Positions 29,305 to 38,643 of a stretch of 64,000 nucleotides of DNA are shown piece by piece (position 1 is the first letter of the stretch; the number at the start of each line of letters is the position of its first letter). This stretch comes from Dehalococcoidia bacterium. GTDB taxonomy: Bacteria; Chloroflexota; Dehalococcoidia; Bin125. The notes under the pieces were generated by a model. That model searched no databases, was not told where the DNA came from, and saw only the letters and a program-made list of their open reading frames with translations. The position numbers and the translations under genes are program-made. The DNA lies in contig OY820591.1 of NCBI GenBank assembly GCA_963555985.3, positions 2,144,001 through 2,208,000 of the forward strand, written 5' to 3'.

Positions 29305-29525
29305 ATCCCCTCTCCCCCCCGCACCGCGAAGTCCGTCCCCGCGTAAGGAGACCTGTGCGTAAATCAAAGATCGTCATACCTGCGCTTGCCGCGGAGCCTG
29401 TCTCCGTCCTGTGGGATATCTCGCTGTGATCTGCACCGTCGTCGCGAACACGGCGAGATTGCCGCGACGGAGCGCGGCAATGACGGAGAACATCGACTTT
29501 CGCAAAGCTCCCCCTACGCGGGCAT
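29305..29525. repeat. REP/MITE cluster (MITE-like 29347-29513 carrying a REP doublet)
   Basis: GGAGACCTGTGCGTAAATC...GACTTTCGCAAAGCTCCCC; interior matches the reverse complement of 4829-4922. Confidence 0.75.
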
Positions 29526-29583
29526 GGCAGAGGCGTAACGGCCAGACCCTGCTCCTAGACTGACTCTCGCCACTTTGCAGCGG

Positions 29584-30783
29584 ATGTCTGTCATGCGCGA
29601 CCTCCGAGTCCTCGACCTCAGCCAAACCGTCGCCGGCGCATACTGCGCTCGCCTCTTCGCCGCCGCCGGCGCGCACGTCACCCTCGTCGAGCCAACCGGT
29701 GGCTCGCGCCTCCGCACCGCCCCGCCCCTCCTCAGCACTACGAAACCACCGCGCAGCGCCGCCTTCGAGTACCTCTCCGCCTGGAAGCGAGGGATCGCCC
29801 TCAGCACCAACACCCCTGAAGGCGAAACCGTGCTCGACAGCCTCCTCGATCACGCAGATCTCGTCGTCTCCTCGCTAACTGACACACCCCAGAAAATCCT
29901 CGACTTCGACCGCCGGATCCGCTCCGACCGCCCTGCCCTGATTCACGTCGTCGCCTCCTCCTACGGACTCTCCGGCCCCTGGTCGGGCTGGCGTTCGAGC
30001 GACCTCACCGATTGGGCCGTCAGCGGCTACCTCTACATCACCGGCGATCCCCAGCGCGAACCCTTGCAAGGCGCGGGGCCCTGGGCCTCATACGTCGCCG
30101 GAACCACCGCCGCCGTCGGAGCCATGGCCGCCCTCCACCACCGCCGCCAAACCGGACGCGGACAGCTCGTGGACGTCGGCGCGATGGAATCGATGGCCGC
30201 CGCCCATCAATGGAGCCTCGTCATGTGGTCCCATCAAGGCGTCGTCAAACACCGCGCCAACAACCGCCACGCCGAAGCCCACCATCCCGTCTCCCTCATG
30301 CCCTGCGCCGACGGTTGGGTCTGCATCGGCGCGCCCTCCCAGGCCCAGTGGATCAATCTCTGCATCGCCCTCGATCTACCCGAAATGGCCCACAACCCCC
30401 GCTACAGCACCTCCGGCCGACGCTACGACCTGGCCGAAGAGATCGACGCCAGCTTCGCCCCCTTCCTCATGGCCCGCACACGCAGCGAAGTCGTCAACCA
30501 CTTGCAAGCCCATCACGTCCCCGCCAGCGCCGTACTTGCCCTCGATGAGACCCTGCGCGACGAACAGCTCGAAGCGCGGGCCTATTGGGTCTACCCCGAA
30601 GACCTGGGCAGCGGCGCGCAAATGCCCGGCCTGCCCTTCCTGATGCCGTCGTCACCCCTCGAATTCAAGCCCGCGCCCAAGCTCGGCGCGGACACCGCAG
30701 CCGTCTTGACTGAGTGCGGCTTCTCCGAACAAGAGCTCATCGCCCTCGAACAGGCCGGCCTGATCGGAGTGGGACGTGCTTAG
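29584..30783 (+). CDS. CoA-transferase family III subunit (no obvious catalytic Asp)
   Basis: LRVLDLS, AWKRGI, GQLVDV, APKLGADT. Confidence 0.9.
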   Translation: MSVMRDLRVLDLSQTVAGAYCARLFAAAGAHVTLVEPTGGSRLRTAPPLLSTTKPPRSAAFEYLSAWKRGIALSTNTPEGETVLDSLLDHADLVVSSLTDTPQKILDFDRRIRSDRPALIHVVASSYGLSGPWSGWRSSDLTDWAVSGYLYITGDPQREPLQGAGPWASYVAGTTAAVGAMAALHHRRQTGRGQLVDVGAMESMAAAHQWSLVMWSHQGVVKHRANNRHAEAHHPVSLMPCADGWVCIGAPSQAQWINLCIALDLPEMAHNPRYSTSGRRYDLAEEIDASFAPFLMARTRSEVVNHLQAHHVPASAVLALDETLRDEQLEARAYWVYPEDLGSGAQMPGLPFLMPSSPLEFKPAPKLGADTAAVLTECGFSEQELIALEQAGLIGVGRA

Positions 30784-32086
30784 CGGCGTCCGCGTGATCG
30801 AATTCGGCTACGCCTGGGCTGGGCCGCTCGTGGGACGAACCCTGGGCGATCTCGGTGCAGACGTGATCAAAATCGAGCAAAACACCGCTCGCGGCGGACC
30901 CGTCCCCGACGATCCCGAACTCCACGCCGCGCTTGCCAACTGGCAGCGCGGGACACTGCCCGAACCCACCCTGCGAGCATCTGTCTTCCCGGAGTCCGAC
31001 CCGGGCGACGATCCCTGGAACCGCGCCGGCATCTTCAACAAGCTCAATCGCAACAAGCGCAGTCTCTGCGCCGATCTCAAGTCCGAAGACGGCAAGCGCA
31101 TCTGGCGCCGCCTGGTCGAGACCGCCGATGTCGTGGTCGACAACTTCAGCCCGCGCGGTTCCCACAGCCTCGGCATCGACTACGACACCATCCGCCAGTG
31201 GAACCCGCGTATCATCTCCGTCTCTCTCACCGGCTACGGCCACACCGGACCCTTCCGGCAGCGAGTCTCCTACGGACCAATCCTCGAAGCCCACTCCGGC
31301 GCGGTCGCCGCCACCGGCTACCTCGGCGGCGGCCCCATGAAGCTGGGCCACGCCTTCCCCGACCCGGTCGGCGGACTCCACGGCGCCTTCGCCGTCCTCG
31401 CCGCCCTCTGGGAGCGCGAGCGCACCGGCGAGGGCATGTTCATCGATCTCTCCCAACTCCAGACCTACGCGGGCATAATCGGCGACCTACTCCTCCAGAC
31501 CTCGATCGAGGGCGCTCCCCAACGCCGGGGCAATCGCGGACGAGGCGTCGCCCCGCAAGGCGTCTATCCCTGTCTCTCAGAAACGCATGACGCCCGCGAC
31601 CAACTCGATATGTGGCTCGCCATCACCATCGACAGCGACGACGCCTGGCAGGGACTGAAATCCGTCCTCAAAGACGCGCGCCTAGACGATCCAACCTACG
31701 AGTCCGTGAGCGGCCGCGAGGCCGCCCACGCTCAGATCGATGCAGTCATCGCCGACTGGACATCCACGCAGAACCGCTTCGACGCCGCCGCCGCACTACA
31801 AGCCGCAGGCGTCCCCGCCGCCCCAGCCATGACCAACGCCGACCTGATCCAATCCAAACACCTCCAAGACCGAGCCTTCATCGTCGAATGGACCCAACCC
31901 GGCCTCGGCCCCTACCAATACGGCGGCTTCCCTATCCACTTCTCCAACCAACCATCCCCCGAAATGAACCCAACCCCCGCACTCGGAGCCGACAATCACC
32001 CAATCCTGAAAGAACTTGGCTTCACTCCCGACGAGATCGACCAGTTCCAATCAAGCGGCGTGATCTTCGACTCACCGCTTGCCTAG
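30776..32086 (+). CDS. CoA-transferase family III subunit (Asp present)
   Basis: LGDLGADVIKIE, NRNKRS, AFPDPVGG. Confidence 0.92.
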   Translation: MLSGVRVIEFGYAWAGPLVGRTLGDLGADVIKIEQNTARGGPVPDDPELHAALANWQRGTLPEPTLRASVFPESDPGDDPWNRAGIFNKLNRNKRSLCADLKSEDGKRIWRRLVETADVVVDNFSPRGSHSLGIDYDTIRQWNPRIISVSLTGYGHTGPFRQRVSYGPILEAHSGAVAATGYLGGGPMKLGHAFPDPVGGLHGAFAVLAALWERERTGEGMFIDLSQLQTYAGIIGDLLLQTSIEGAPQRRGNRGRGVAPQGVYPCLSETHDARDQLDMWLAITIDSDDAWQGLKSVLKDARLDDPTYESVSGREAAHAQIDAVIADWTSTQNRFDAAAALQAAGVPAAPAMTNADLIQSKHLQDRAFIVEWTQPGLGPYQYGGFPIHFSNQPSPEMNPTPALGADNHPILKELGFTPDEIDQFQSSGVIFDSPLA

Positions 32087-32101
32087 CCGCGGCGAACGAA
32101 C

Positions 32102-32596
32102 TCAGCCGTCATCCTCCGCCGACGCTAATCCCCCGATCCCTTCACGATCCAGCCGATACAACAGCCACTCCGACTCATGCACCATCCCAATCCGACCGTA
32201 GAATCCACGCGCCGGATTCCAGTCCAAAACAGAAAGATCCAGCCGCGTCCAGTTCCGCTCACTTGCGATCCGAGCCAACGCCTGCATCAGCGCAAACCCC
32301 GCCCCCGTCCCCCGATGCTCCGCCTCCACAAACAAGTCTTCCAGATACAGCGCCGGCCGCCCCTCCCAAGTCGAGTAGTGCGGGAAGAACAGCGCCATCC
32401 CAATCGGCCGCCCCTCCCGCTCGGCGATCAGCGTCTCAAAGTGCCGATCGGGGCCGAATCCGTGAGCGCGAATGTCCGCCTCAGTCGTCTTTACCGCCTC
32501 CGGCGGTTCGTGCTCAAATGCAGCGAGACCGCGAATGAAGTTCAGAATCGCCGCCGCATCCTCGGGCACGGCCTCCCGTACGGTCACGTCCGCCAT
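32102..32596 (-). CDS. GNAT N-acetyltransferase (diamine acetyltransferase-like)
   Basis: YSTWEG..YLEDLFV..RGTGAG, VLDWN. Confidence 0.9.
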   Translation of the reverse strand: MADVTVREAVPEDAAAILNFIRGLAAFEHEPPEAVKTTEADIRAHGFGPDRHFETLIAEREGRPIGMALFFPHYSTWEGRPALYLEDLFVEAEHRGTGAGFALMQALARIASERNWTRLDLSVLDWNPARGFYGRIGMVHESEWLLYRLDREGIGGLASAEDDG

Positions 32597-32611
32597 CGCC
32601 GCTCGCCTCTC

Positions 32612-33406
32612 TCACTCGCCGGTGAAGACGGGCGGGCGCTTCTCGATGAACGAGGCCTGCGCTTCGGCGACATCATGCGGCGCCCGATTCCCGTAGTTAA
32701 TCGCCGTAGTCTCGTTGCGCAGCGCCTCCGTCAGGGTCGCGTTGAGATTGCGCTGCATCACCCGCTTTGCCGCCCGCGCCGCCAACGGCGGCCAGAACGC
32801 AATCTGTCCCGCAACTTCGCGCGCCCGAGCCATCAACTCCTCATGCGCCACGCGCTCGTTGATCAAGCCCATCGCCAGCGCCTCGTCCGACTCCACGAAG
32901 CGGCTCGTCAACACCAGCTCCGCCGCCTTCGGATAGCCGACCACACGCGGCAGGAACCAAGTCATCCCCGCATCCGGACTCAGCGACCGCTCCAGGAACA
33001 CCACCTTGAAGCGCGCCTTCTCCGATCCAACCCGAATATCGCAGGCCAGCGCCAGGCTCATCCCCGCGCCCGCCGCCACCCCGTTCACCGCCGCAATCGC
33101 GGGCTTGTCCAATTCTCCAAACGTCAGCGCCTGCCGACCCACCCAGCCGAATTCATCCAATCGCTCGTTCTGAGTCACGCGCTCAACCTGCCCTGGCCGA
33201 GCGGTCAGATCCGCGCCCGAGCAGAACCCGCGCCCGGCTCCCGTGATGATCACCACCCGCACATCGTCGTCAGCCTGAAGCTGGTTCGCCGCCGTGATCA
33301 TCTCGTCGTGCAGCGGCCGGCTGAGCGCGTTCAGCTTTTCCGGCCGGTCAAGCGTGATCACGCCGATCGGCGCGTCAATCTCCAGGCGAAGGTGTTGAAA
33401 AGTCAT
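32612..33406 (-). CDS. Enoyl-CoA hydratase/isomerase (crotonase)
   Basis: LDRPEKLNAL, GRGFCSGADL, AVNGVAAGAG..ACDIR, FIEKRPPVFTG. Confidence 0.93.
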   Translation of the reverse strand: MTFQHLRLEIDAPIGVITLDRPEKLNALSRPLHDEMITAANQLQADDDVRVVIITGAGRGFCSGADLTARPGQVERVTQNERLDEFGWVGRQALTFGELDKPAIAAVNGVAAGAGMSLALACDIRVGSEKARFKVVFLERSLSPDAGMTWFLPRVVGYPKAAELVLTSRFVESDEALAMGLINERVAHEELMARAREVAGQIAFWPPLAARAAKRVMQRNLNATLTEALRNETTAINYGNRAPHDVAEAQASFIEKRPPVFTGE

Positions 33407-33990
33407 CCTGAACTCCGTTCCCCCAGCAGGGTATCGCGCAGCCGCGCAATTTCGGCAAACCGGAAGCAGGTGCCCTCGTGATCGTTCACGATCCCCACGG
33501 CCTGCATGAAGGCGTAGCAGGTCGTCGGCCCGACGAATCGAAATCCGCGCCGCTTCAACTCCCGAGACATCGCCCGCGACTCAACGGTCTGAGGCTGAAT
33601 ATCGCTGCGAGGTTCATTCGACGGGTCGGCATACGCCCAAACAATTTCCGCGAGGCTCAATCCCTGCCGGCGCAGCAACAGCGTCGCCTGAGCATTGCCG
33701 ACCGTCGCCTCAATCTTGCCTCGATGCCTGATGATCCCGGCATCCCCAGTCAGCGCTTCCACGCCGGCCCCGTCAATCTCAGCAATCGCCCCGACATCCC
33801 AATCCAGAAACGCCCGCCGATACCCCTCGCGCCGCATCAACACCGTCCGCCACGAAAGCCCGGCCTGCGCCCCCTCCAAGGTCAGCGTCTCAAACAGCGC
33901 AGATTCGTCCCATCTGGGCACACCCCATTCAAGATCGTGATAAGCGATCATGTCCGAGTCGTCGGCGGGCCAGGCACAGCGCGTGAGCAT
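33403..33990 (-). CDS. tag: DNA-3-methyladenine glycosylase I
   Basis: RCAW..YHDLEWG, LEGAQAGLSW, IIRHRGKI, FVGPT..NDH...C. Confidence 0.95.
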   Translation of the reverse strand: MLTRCAWPADDSDMIAYHDLEWGVPRWDESALFETLTLEGAQAGLSWRTVLMRREGYRRAFLDWDVGAIAEIDGAGVEALTGDAGIIRHRGKIEATVGNAQATLLLRRQGLSLAEIVWAYADPSNEPRSDIQPQTVESRAMSRELKRRGFRFVGPTTCYAFMQAVGIVNDHEGTCFRFAEIARLRDTLLGERSSG

Positions 33991-34370
33991 TCTTGTTGCC
34001 CTGAGAATTTTGGTAGCCTGAGCAGGCAGAGGAAGTATCGTCCCATGCCAGACAGCATCCACAGTCTGTCACTTGCCGAGTCTGGCGGGAAGCCGCCTAC
34101 TCTGCCGCCAGATCCGGTGAAGCGGGGGCCGCCAAGCCAACCTGTGCGTCGCCGTGGAGGGCCAACGTAATGCGATCCCTACAGACATGGCTCACGCGCG
34201 CACGAAACGTGGTGCAGGCGCTGAAGCTCTTTCTGTTCGGCCGTTCCCGCAACCCCGAGGGCACGCCCTCTCAACATCATCCAGTGGTCGATACAGCTGA
34301 GGGAAGGGGCAGTAGGCCGCCGACGCTCCCGCCGGCCCCTTATCGCTCTGGACTATGGGGACGCATCCCC

Positions 34371-34859
34371 TCACGGGATCCAGACGGCAGCTGACGCAGC
34401 GGCAGCAACGATCTGAAAGAGAGTCAGCACCGCGAGCACTGCCAAGCCAATCACCTTCTCTTCCAAGACCTTCGTGACTCCTATGCAGGCCCTCCCAATG
34501 CTCTCGACATAGCTCCAGGCCAATGCATCATTCCCATATTCGCCGGTCATGTGGGTCAACAAATCTGCGGGCGCAACGAATTGGCTCATGTCACGAGGGC
34601 GGAGCGCCAAACCGCCGACGATCAACACGAGCACGAAGATCGCGGCTGGCGCCACAACCGCAACCCAAGCAGTCGGTTCCGTGGCCGAAATCAAAGCTCC
34701 GAAAAAGACCCCGAACAGGGCCACGTTGACCGCGACAATCAAGCTCGCCTTGCTATCTAGGGCATCCGTCGCCGAGAGCAGCGTAGACAGGTGAGCCTGC
34801 GCCACTTGGAGGGCGGCCATTCCGCCCGATGATTCGGGCTCGAGCGCGACGTCGGGCAT
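34371..34859 (-). CDS. 3-TM membrane protein, PycTM/DUF5706-like
   Basis: DALDSKAS before TM1, LRPR after TM2, EEK before TM3; leaderless TAGGCT promoter. Confidence 0.55.
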   Translation of the reverse strand: MPDVALEPESSGGMAALQVAQAHLSTLLSATDALDSKASLIVAVNVALFGVFFGALISATEPTAWVAVVAPAAIFVLVLIVGGLALRPRDMSQFVAPADLLTHMTGEYGNDALAWSYVESIGRACIGVTKVLEEKVIGLAVLAVLTLFQIVAAAASAAVWIP

Positions 34860-34899
34860 GGCCAGCAGCCTAACCCGATCCGGCAGGTAGCCTACTCAC

Positions 34900-35499
34900 A
34901 TGGCCTTTCTCCTCGGCGTCACCGGCTCCATCGCCAGCGGCAAATCCCTCCTCTGCCAACACCTCGTCGATCAACACAACGCCCGCCACATCGACGCCGA
35001 CCGACACGTCCACACCATGTACGAACCAGGCAAACCCGCCTTCGACCGCATCGTCGCCCAGTTCGGAGCGCGCGTGATCGGCGACGACGGCTACATCGAC
35101 CGCAAAGCCCTCGGCGACATCGTCTTCGGCAAACCCGACCTCCTAACCGCGCTGCGCACCGCCATCGGCGATATCGAAGGCGAATTCATGCGCCTGCTGC
35201 GAGAGCTGAAGACCGATCCGGCCCCGATTGCGGTGTTTGAGGCCGTTCGCCTCTTCGAAGGCCCCTACATGGAACTCTGCGACGCCGGTTGGCTGGTGGC
35301 GTCGGAGGACGAAACCGCCCTTACCCGGCTCATGGCCCGCAACAAGCTCACCCGCGAGGAGGCCGAGCAGCGCATGGCCTCCGCCACACCCTGGCTCGAG
35401 CGCGCGCCCAAAGCCGACCTCGTACTCCACAACGACGGCACAGTCGACGAGTTCCTCGCCGCCGCCGACACCGCCGTTCGAGAGGCCCTGAGCCGCTAG
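34900..35499 (+). CDS. coaE: Dephospho-CoA kinase
   Basis: GVTGSIASGKS P-loop, IDAD, IDRKALG.IVF, ADLVLHNDG. Confidence 0.92.
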   Translation: MAFLLGVTGSIASGKSLLCQHLVDQHNARHIDADRHVHTMYEPGKPAFDRIVAQFGARVIGDDGYIDRKALGDIVFGKPDLLTALRTAIGDIEGEFMRLLRELKTDPAPIAVFEAVRLFEGPYMELCDAGWLVASEDETALTRLMARNKLTREEAEQRMASATPWLERAPKADLVLHNDGTVDEFLAAADTAVREALSR

Positions 35500-35532
35500 C
35501 CTCACATCCACAGCAACAGGATGGAGGCAAAC

Positions 35533-37716
35533 ATGGGCGCACTCGACGGACTTCGCGTAATCGACTTCGGACAGTACATGGCCGGCCCCCTGGCCGCGAT
35601 GATGCTCGCCGACAACGGGGCCGACGTGATCCGCATCGATCCTCCCGCCGGACCGATCTGGGACACTCCCGCCAACGCGGTCTGGAATCGCGGCAAACGC
35701 CGCATCTCGCTCGACCTCAAGACTGCCGACGGGCGGCGCACGGCGCAGGAGTTGATTGCGTCCGCTGATGTTGTGGTCGAGAACTTCCGCCCGGGCGTGA
35801 TGGATCGTCTCGGTCTCGGGTCCGAGGAATCAACCAACGCCAACGACCGCCTGATCTACCTCTCGCTGCCTGGATTCTCCGCGGACGACGAACGCGCCGC
35901 GATGCCCGCTTGGGAAGGCGTGGTCTCTGCCGGCGTGGGTACCTACAGCGGCTCCCTCTTCGCCGACGCTCCCCGACCGGTCTACACCGCCGTGCCCATC
36001 GCCTCCTCCTACGCCGCCTTCACCGGCTGCGCCGGCGTCGCCATGGCCCTGGTCGCCCGCGAACGCGACGGCTTCGGACAACGCATCGAAGCCTCCCTGC
36101 ACGACAGCCTCTATCAGGCCATCGGCATTCGCGGCCTCAAGTTCCTCGACCGCGACGCCCCGCGCGGACCCGTCCCCTGGGTGGGACCCTACGAATGCGC
36201 CGACGGACGCTGGGTCTTCTTCCACGCTGCCTACTCCCACTTCATCCGTCAGTTCTGCATCGCCGCCGGCGTTCCCCAGTGGCTCGACGAACCCTGGTCG
36301 AAAGCCTCCGAAATCCAGCAGGACTTCTCTCTCGCCGACATCGCCCGCGCCCAACTCACCAACATCTTCCTCACCCGCACCGCCCAGGAGTGGGAAGACC
36401 TGATCAACGCCGCCGCCACCCCCACCGGCCCGCCGACCGTCCGCTGCCTCGACTCCGCCGAGTGGCTGCACGAACCCCACGCGCGCGAGGCCGAGATCAT
36501 CGTCGAACTCGACGACCCCGAACTTGGTCCCATGCTCCAGCCCGGCATCCAGGTGCGCATGTCCCAGACCCCCGGCGCGATTCGCGGACCCCGCAAAGCC
36601 CTCGACGCCGACCGCGGCGACATCCTCTCCGAGCTCTCAGCCTCAGCCCCCGCAGCGATCCGCGCCCCGGGCAACCGCCTCTCCCAAGCCCTCGAGGACG
36701 TCAACGCGCTCGACCTCTGCATCATCCTCGCCGGCCCCACCTGCGGACGCACGCTCGCCGAATTCGGCGCAGACGTGATCAAGATTGACAACCCCTCCCG
36801 CGAAAACGGGATCATGCTTCACGAAGACATCAATCGCGGCAAACGCTCGATCCTGCTCGACCTCAAGCGCCCCGAAGGCCGCGACCTCTTCATGCAACTC
36901 GCCGCCGACGCCGACGTCATCGTTCAGAACTACCGCCTCGGCAAGGTCGGCGGACTCAACGTCGACTACGACTCCGTCCGCCGCCTCAACCCCGATGTCG
37001 TCTACGCCTCGCTCAATGCCTTCGGCGAAATCGGCCCCTGGGCTCAGCGCGCCGGCTGGGAGCAACTCGCACAGTCGGCCAGCGGCATGATGACCCGCTA
37101 CGGCGACACCGAACCCACCCTCCAACCCTTCGCCATCAACGACTACGGCACCGGCATCAACGGCGCCTTCGCCGTCGGCATGGCCCTCTACCACCGCCTC
37201 CGCACCGGACAAGGCCAGCAAGTCTTCACCGCCCTCGCCCGCACCGCCAGCACCCTCCAGTCGAACATGCTCCATGGCTATGAAGGCAAACGTTGGGACG
37301 AACCCGCCGGCCAGGACGCCCTCGGCGACAGCCCCCTCCACCGGCTCTATGAAGCCGCCGACGGCTGGCTCTTCCTCGGAGCCAAGCCCGGACAAGCCGC
37401 CGACATCCCCTCCGAAGACGAATTCAAGACCAAGACCGTCGCCGAATGGATCGCCAAACTCACCGCCAACGGCATCGGCGCCGAGCCCGTCAAGTCAGTC
37501 GAAGACGCCATGACCAACCCTCGCGCCGTCAAACTCGGACTCTCCCTCACCCGCGAACACGACGGCCGCGGCCGGGTCCGAACCAACGGCCCCTCAGTCA
37601 ACCTCTCCCGAACCCCGGTCGTCGCCGGCCGCCCCGCCATGCTCCCAGGCTCCGCAGCCCCGGAACTCCTGGGCGAACGAGCGAAAGAACTTACAGCCGC
37701 AGGAGTCTTGGGATAA
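35533..37716 (+). CDS. Two-domain CoA-transferase family III
   Basis: Two NRGKR repeats; Asp in AINDYGTG of the C-terminal domain. Confidence 0.92.
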   Translation: MGALDGLRVIDFGQYMAGPLAAMMLADNGADVIRIDPPAGPIWDTPANAVWNRGKRRISLDLKTADGRRTAQELIASADVVVENFRPGVMDRLGLGSEESTNANDRLIYLSLPGFSADDERAAMPAWEGVVSAGVGTYSGSLFADAPRPVYTAVPIASSYAAFTGCAGVAMALVARERDGFGQRIEASLHDSLYQAIGIRGLKFLDRDAPRGPVPWVGPYECADGRWVFFHAAYSHFIRQFCIAAGVPQWLDEPWSKASEIQQDFSLADIARAQLTNIFLTRTAQEWEDLINAAATPTGPPTVRCLDSAEWLHEPHAREAEIIVELDDPELGPMLQPGIQVRMSQTPGAIRGPRKALDADRGDILSELSASAPAAIRAPGNRLSQALEDVNALDLCIILAGPTCGRTLAEFGADVIKIDNPSRENGIMLHEDINRGKRSILLDLKRPEGRDLFMQLAADADVIVQNYRLGKVGGLNVDYDSVRRLNPDVVYASLNAFGEIGPWAQRAGWEQLAQSASGMMTRYGDTEPTLQPFAINDYGTGINGAFAVGMALYHRLRTGQGQQVFTALARTASTLQSNMLHGYEGKRWDEPAGQDALGDSPLHRLYEAADGWLFLGAKPGQAADIPSEDEFKTKTVAEWIAKLTANGIGAEPVKSVEDAMTNPRAVKLGLSLTREHDGRGRVRTNGPSVNLSRTPVVAGRPAMLPGSAAPELLGERAKELTAAGVLG

Positions 37717-37769
37717 CAACCATCAAACGCCTAAGCTCAAAACAAGAGCCAGCGGACGGGAGACCGCCT

Positions 37770-38144
37770 ATGGGCGCGACTCACGTCACCGTCAACGTCA
37801 CCAATCCCGGCGATCACAGCCGCGAGTGGAGCGGACTCTTCCTCGTCGACACCGGCGCAACCGACTCCCTCGTGCCCAGGAAACACCTGGACGAGATCGG
37901 CGTCGCACCGGATGGCCAGCGCTTCTACATCTTGGCCGACGGCAGCGAGCTGCGCCTCGACATCGCCGTCGCCAGACTCGAAATCCTCGGCGAAATCGTC
38001 GGTACCACCGTCATGTTCGGCGATGACGACGCCGAACCCCTCCTGGGAGTCACCGCCCTCGAATCCTTAGGAATCGAAGTAGACCCCCTCAATCAACGCC
38101 TCAGACGCCTCCCCGCCGTCCGTCTCAAAACCGCACACCCTTGA
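37770..38144 (+). CDS. Clan AA (retropepsin-like) aspartic protease, AF_0612 type
   Basis: FLVDTGA, EPLLGVTALE..VDP. Confidence 0.88.
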   Translation: MGATHVTVNVTNPGDHSREWSGLFLVDTGATDSLVPRKHLDEIGVAPDGQRFYILADGSELRLDIAVARLEILGEIVGTTVMFGDDDAEPLLGVTALESLGIEVDPLNQRLRRLPAVRLKTAHP

Positions 38145-38183
38145 CGAACCCGATCCCCTGATGGCAATCGGCAGACCAACCCC

Positions 38184-38378
38184 ATGAGCGAACAACCGGA
38201 CGCCCTCAAGCACGAGACGCCTGCTCCACAGAACAACGGCGGCGAACCTTACGGCATCGAGGATCAGATCCACGCTGTCGTAGCTCATGCTTCCCATGCA
38301 GAACGTGACAAACTTCCGTCCGACTTCGGCAAGAACCTCGAAAACCACCTTTACGGCTATCCCAAGGAAGAAGACTGA
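38184..38378 (+). CDS. Putative antitoxin
   Basis: C-terminal LPSDFGKNLENHLYG.PK; TGATG coupling to the PIN remnant. Confidence 0.75.
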   Translation: MSEQPDALKHETPAPQNNGGEPYGIEDQIHAVVAHASHAERDKLPSDFGKNLENHLYGYPKEED

Positions 38379-38590
38379 TGCGAACACGGTTCGCAGATTC
38401 GGGGTGCTGGATTGCGCTCCTCTACCCGAACGATCAGCTTCATCAACTGGCCGATGCAGTCGCGGCTGTGCTGACCGACTGCGCGAGCTTTCTCGTGATG
38501 GAGAAGCGGGGCATCGCCGAGGCGCTGGCCTACGACCGCGATTTCGAGCAGGCCGGGTTCGTCGCCCTGCTGCGAGACGCATCGCTCTGA
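38378..38590 (+). pseudogene. PIN toxin with in-frame internal deletion
   Basis: N-terminal FADSG.WIAL..DQLH joined directly to C-terminal LTDCASF..DRDFEQAGF; 70 aa against ~140 aa for paralogs. Confidence 0.75.
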
Positions 38591-38643
38591 ACGCCGCCCG
38601 CCGACGCCCTCGCTATCCTGACCCCAATCCACGGGAGTACACC

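Noticed and set aside
34170-34394. 74-aa ORF as a real gene
   Set aside because: No motif, Pro/Arg-rich, and it overlaps a convergent gene; not supportable.
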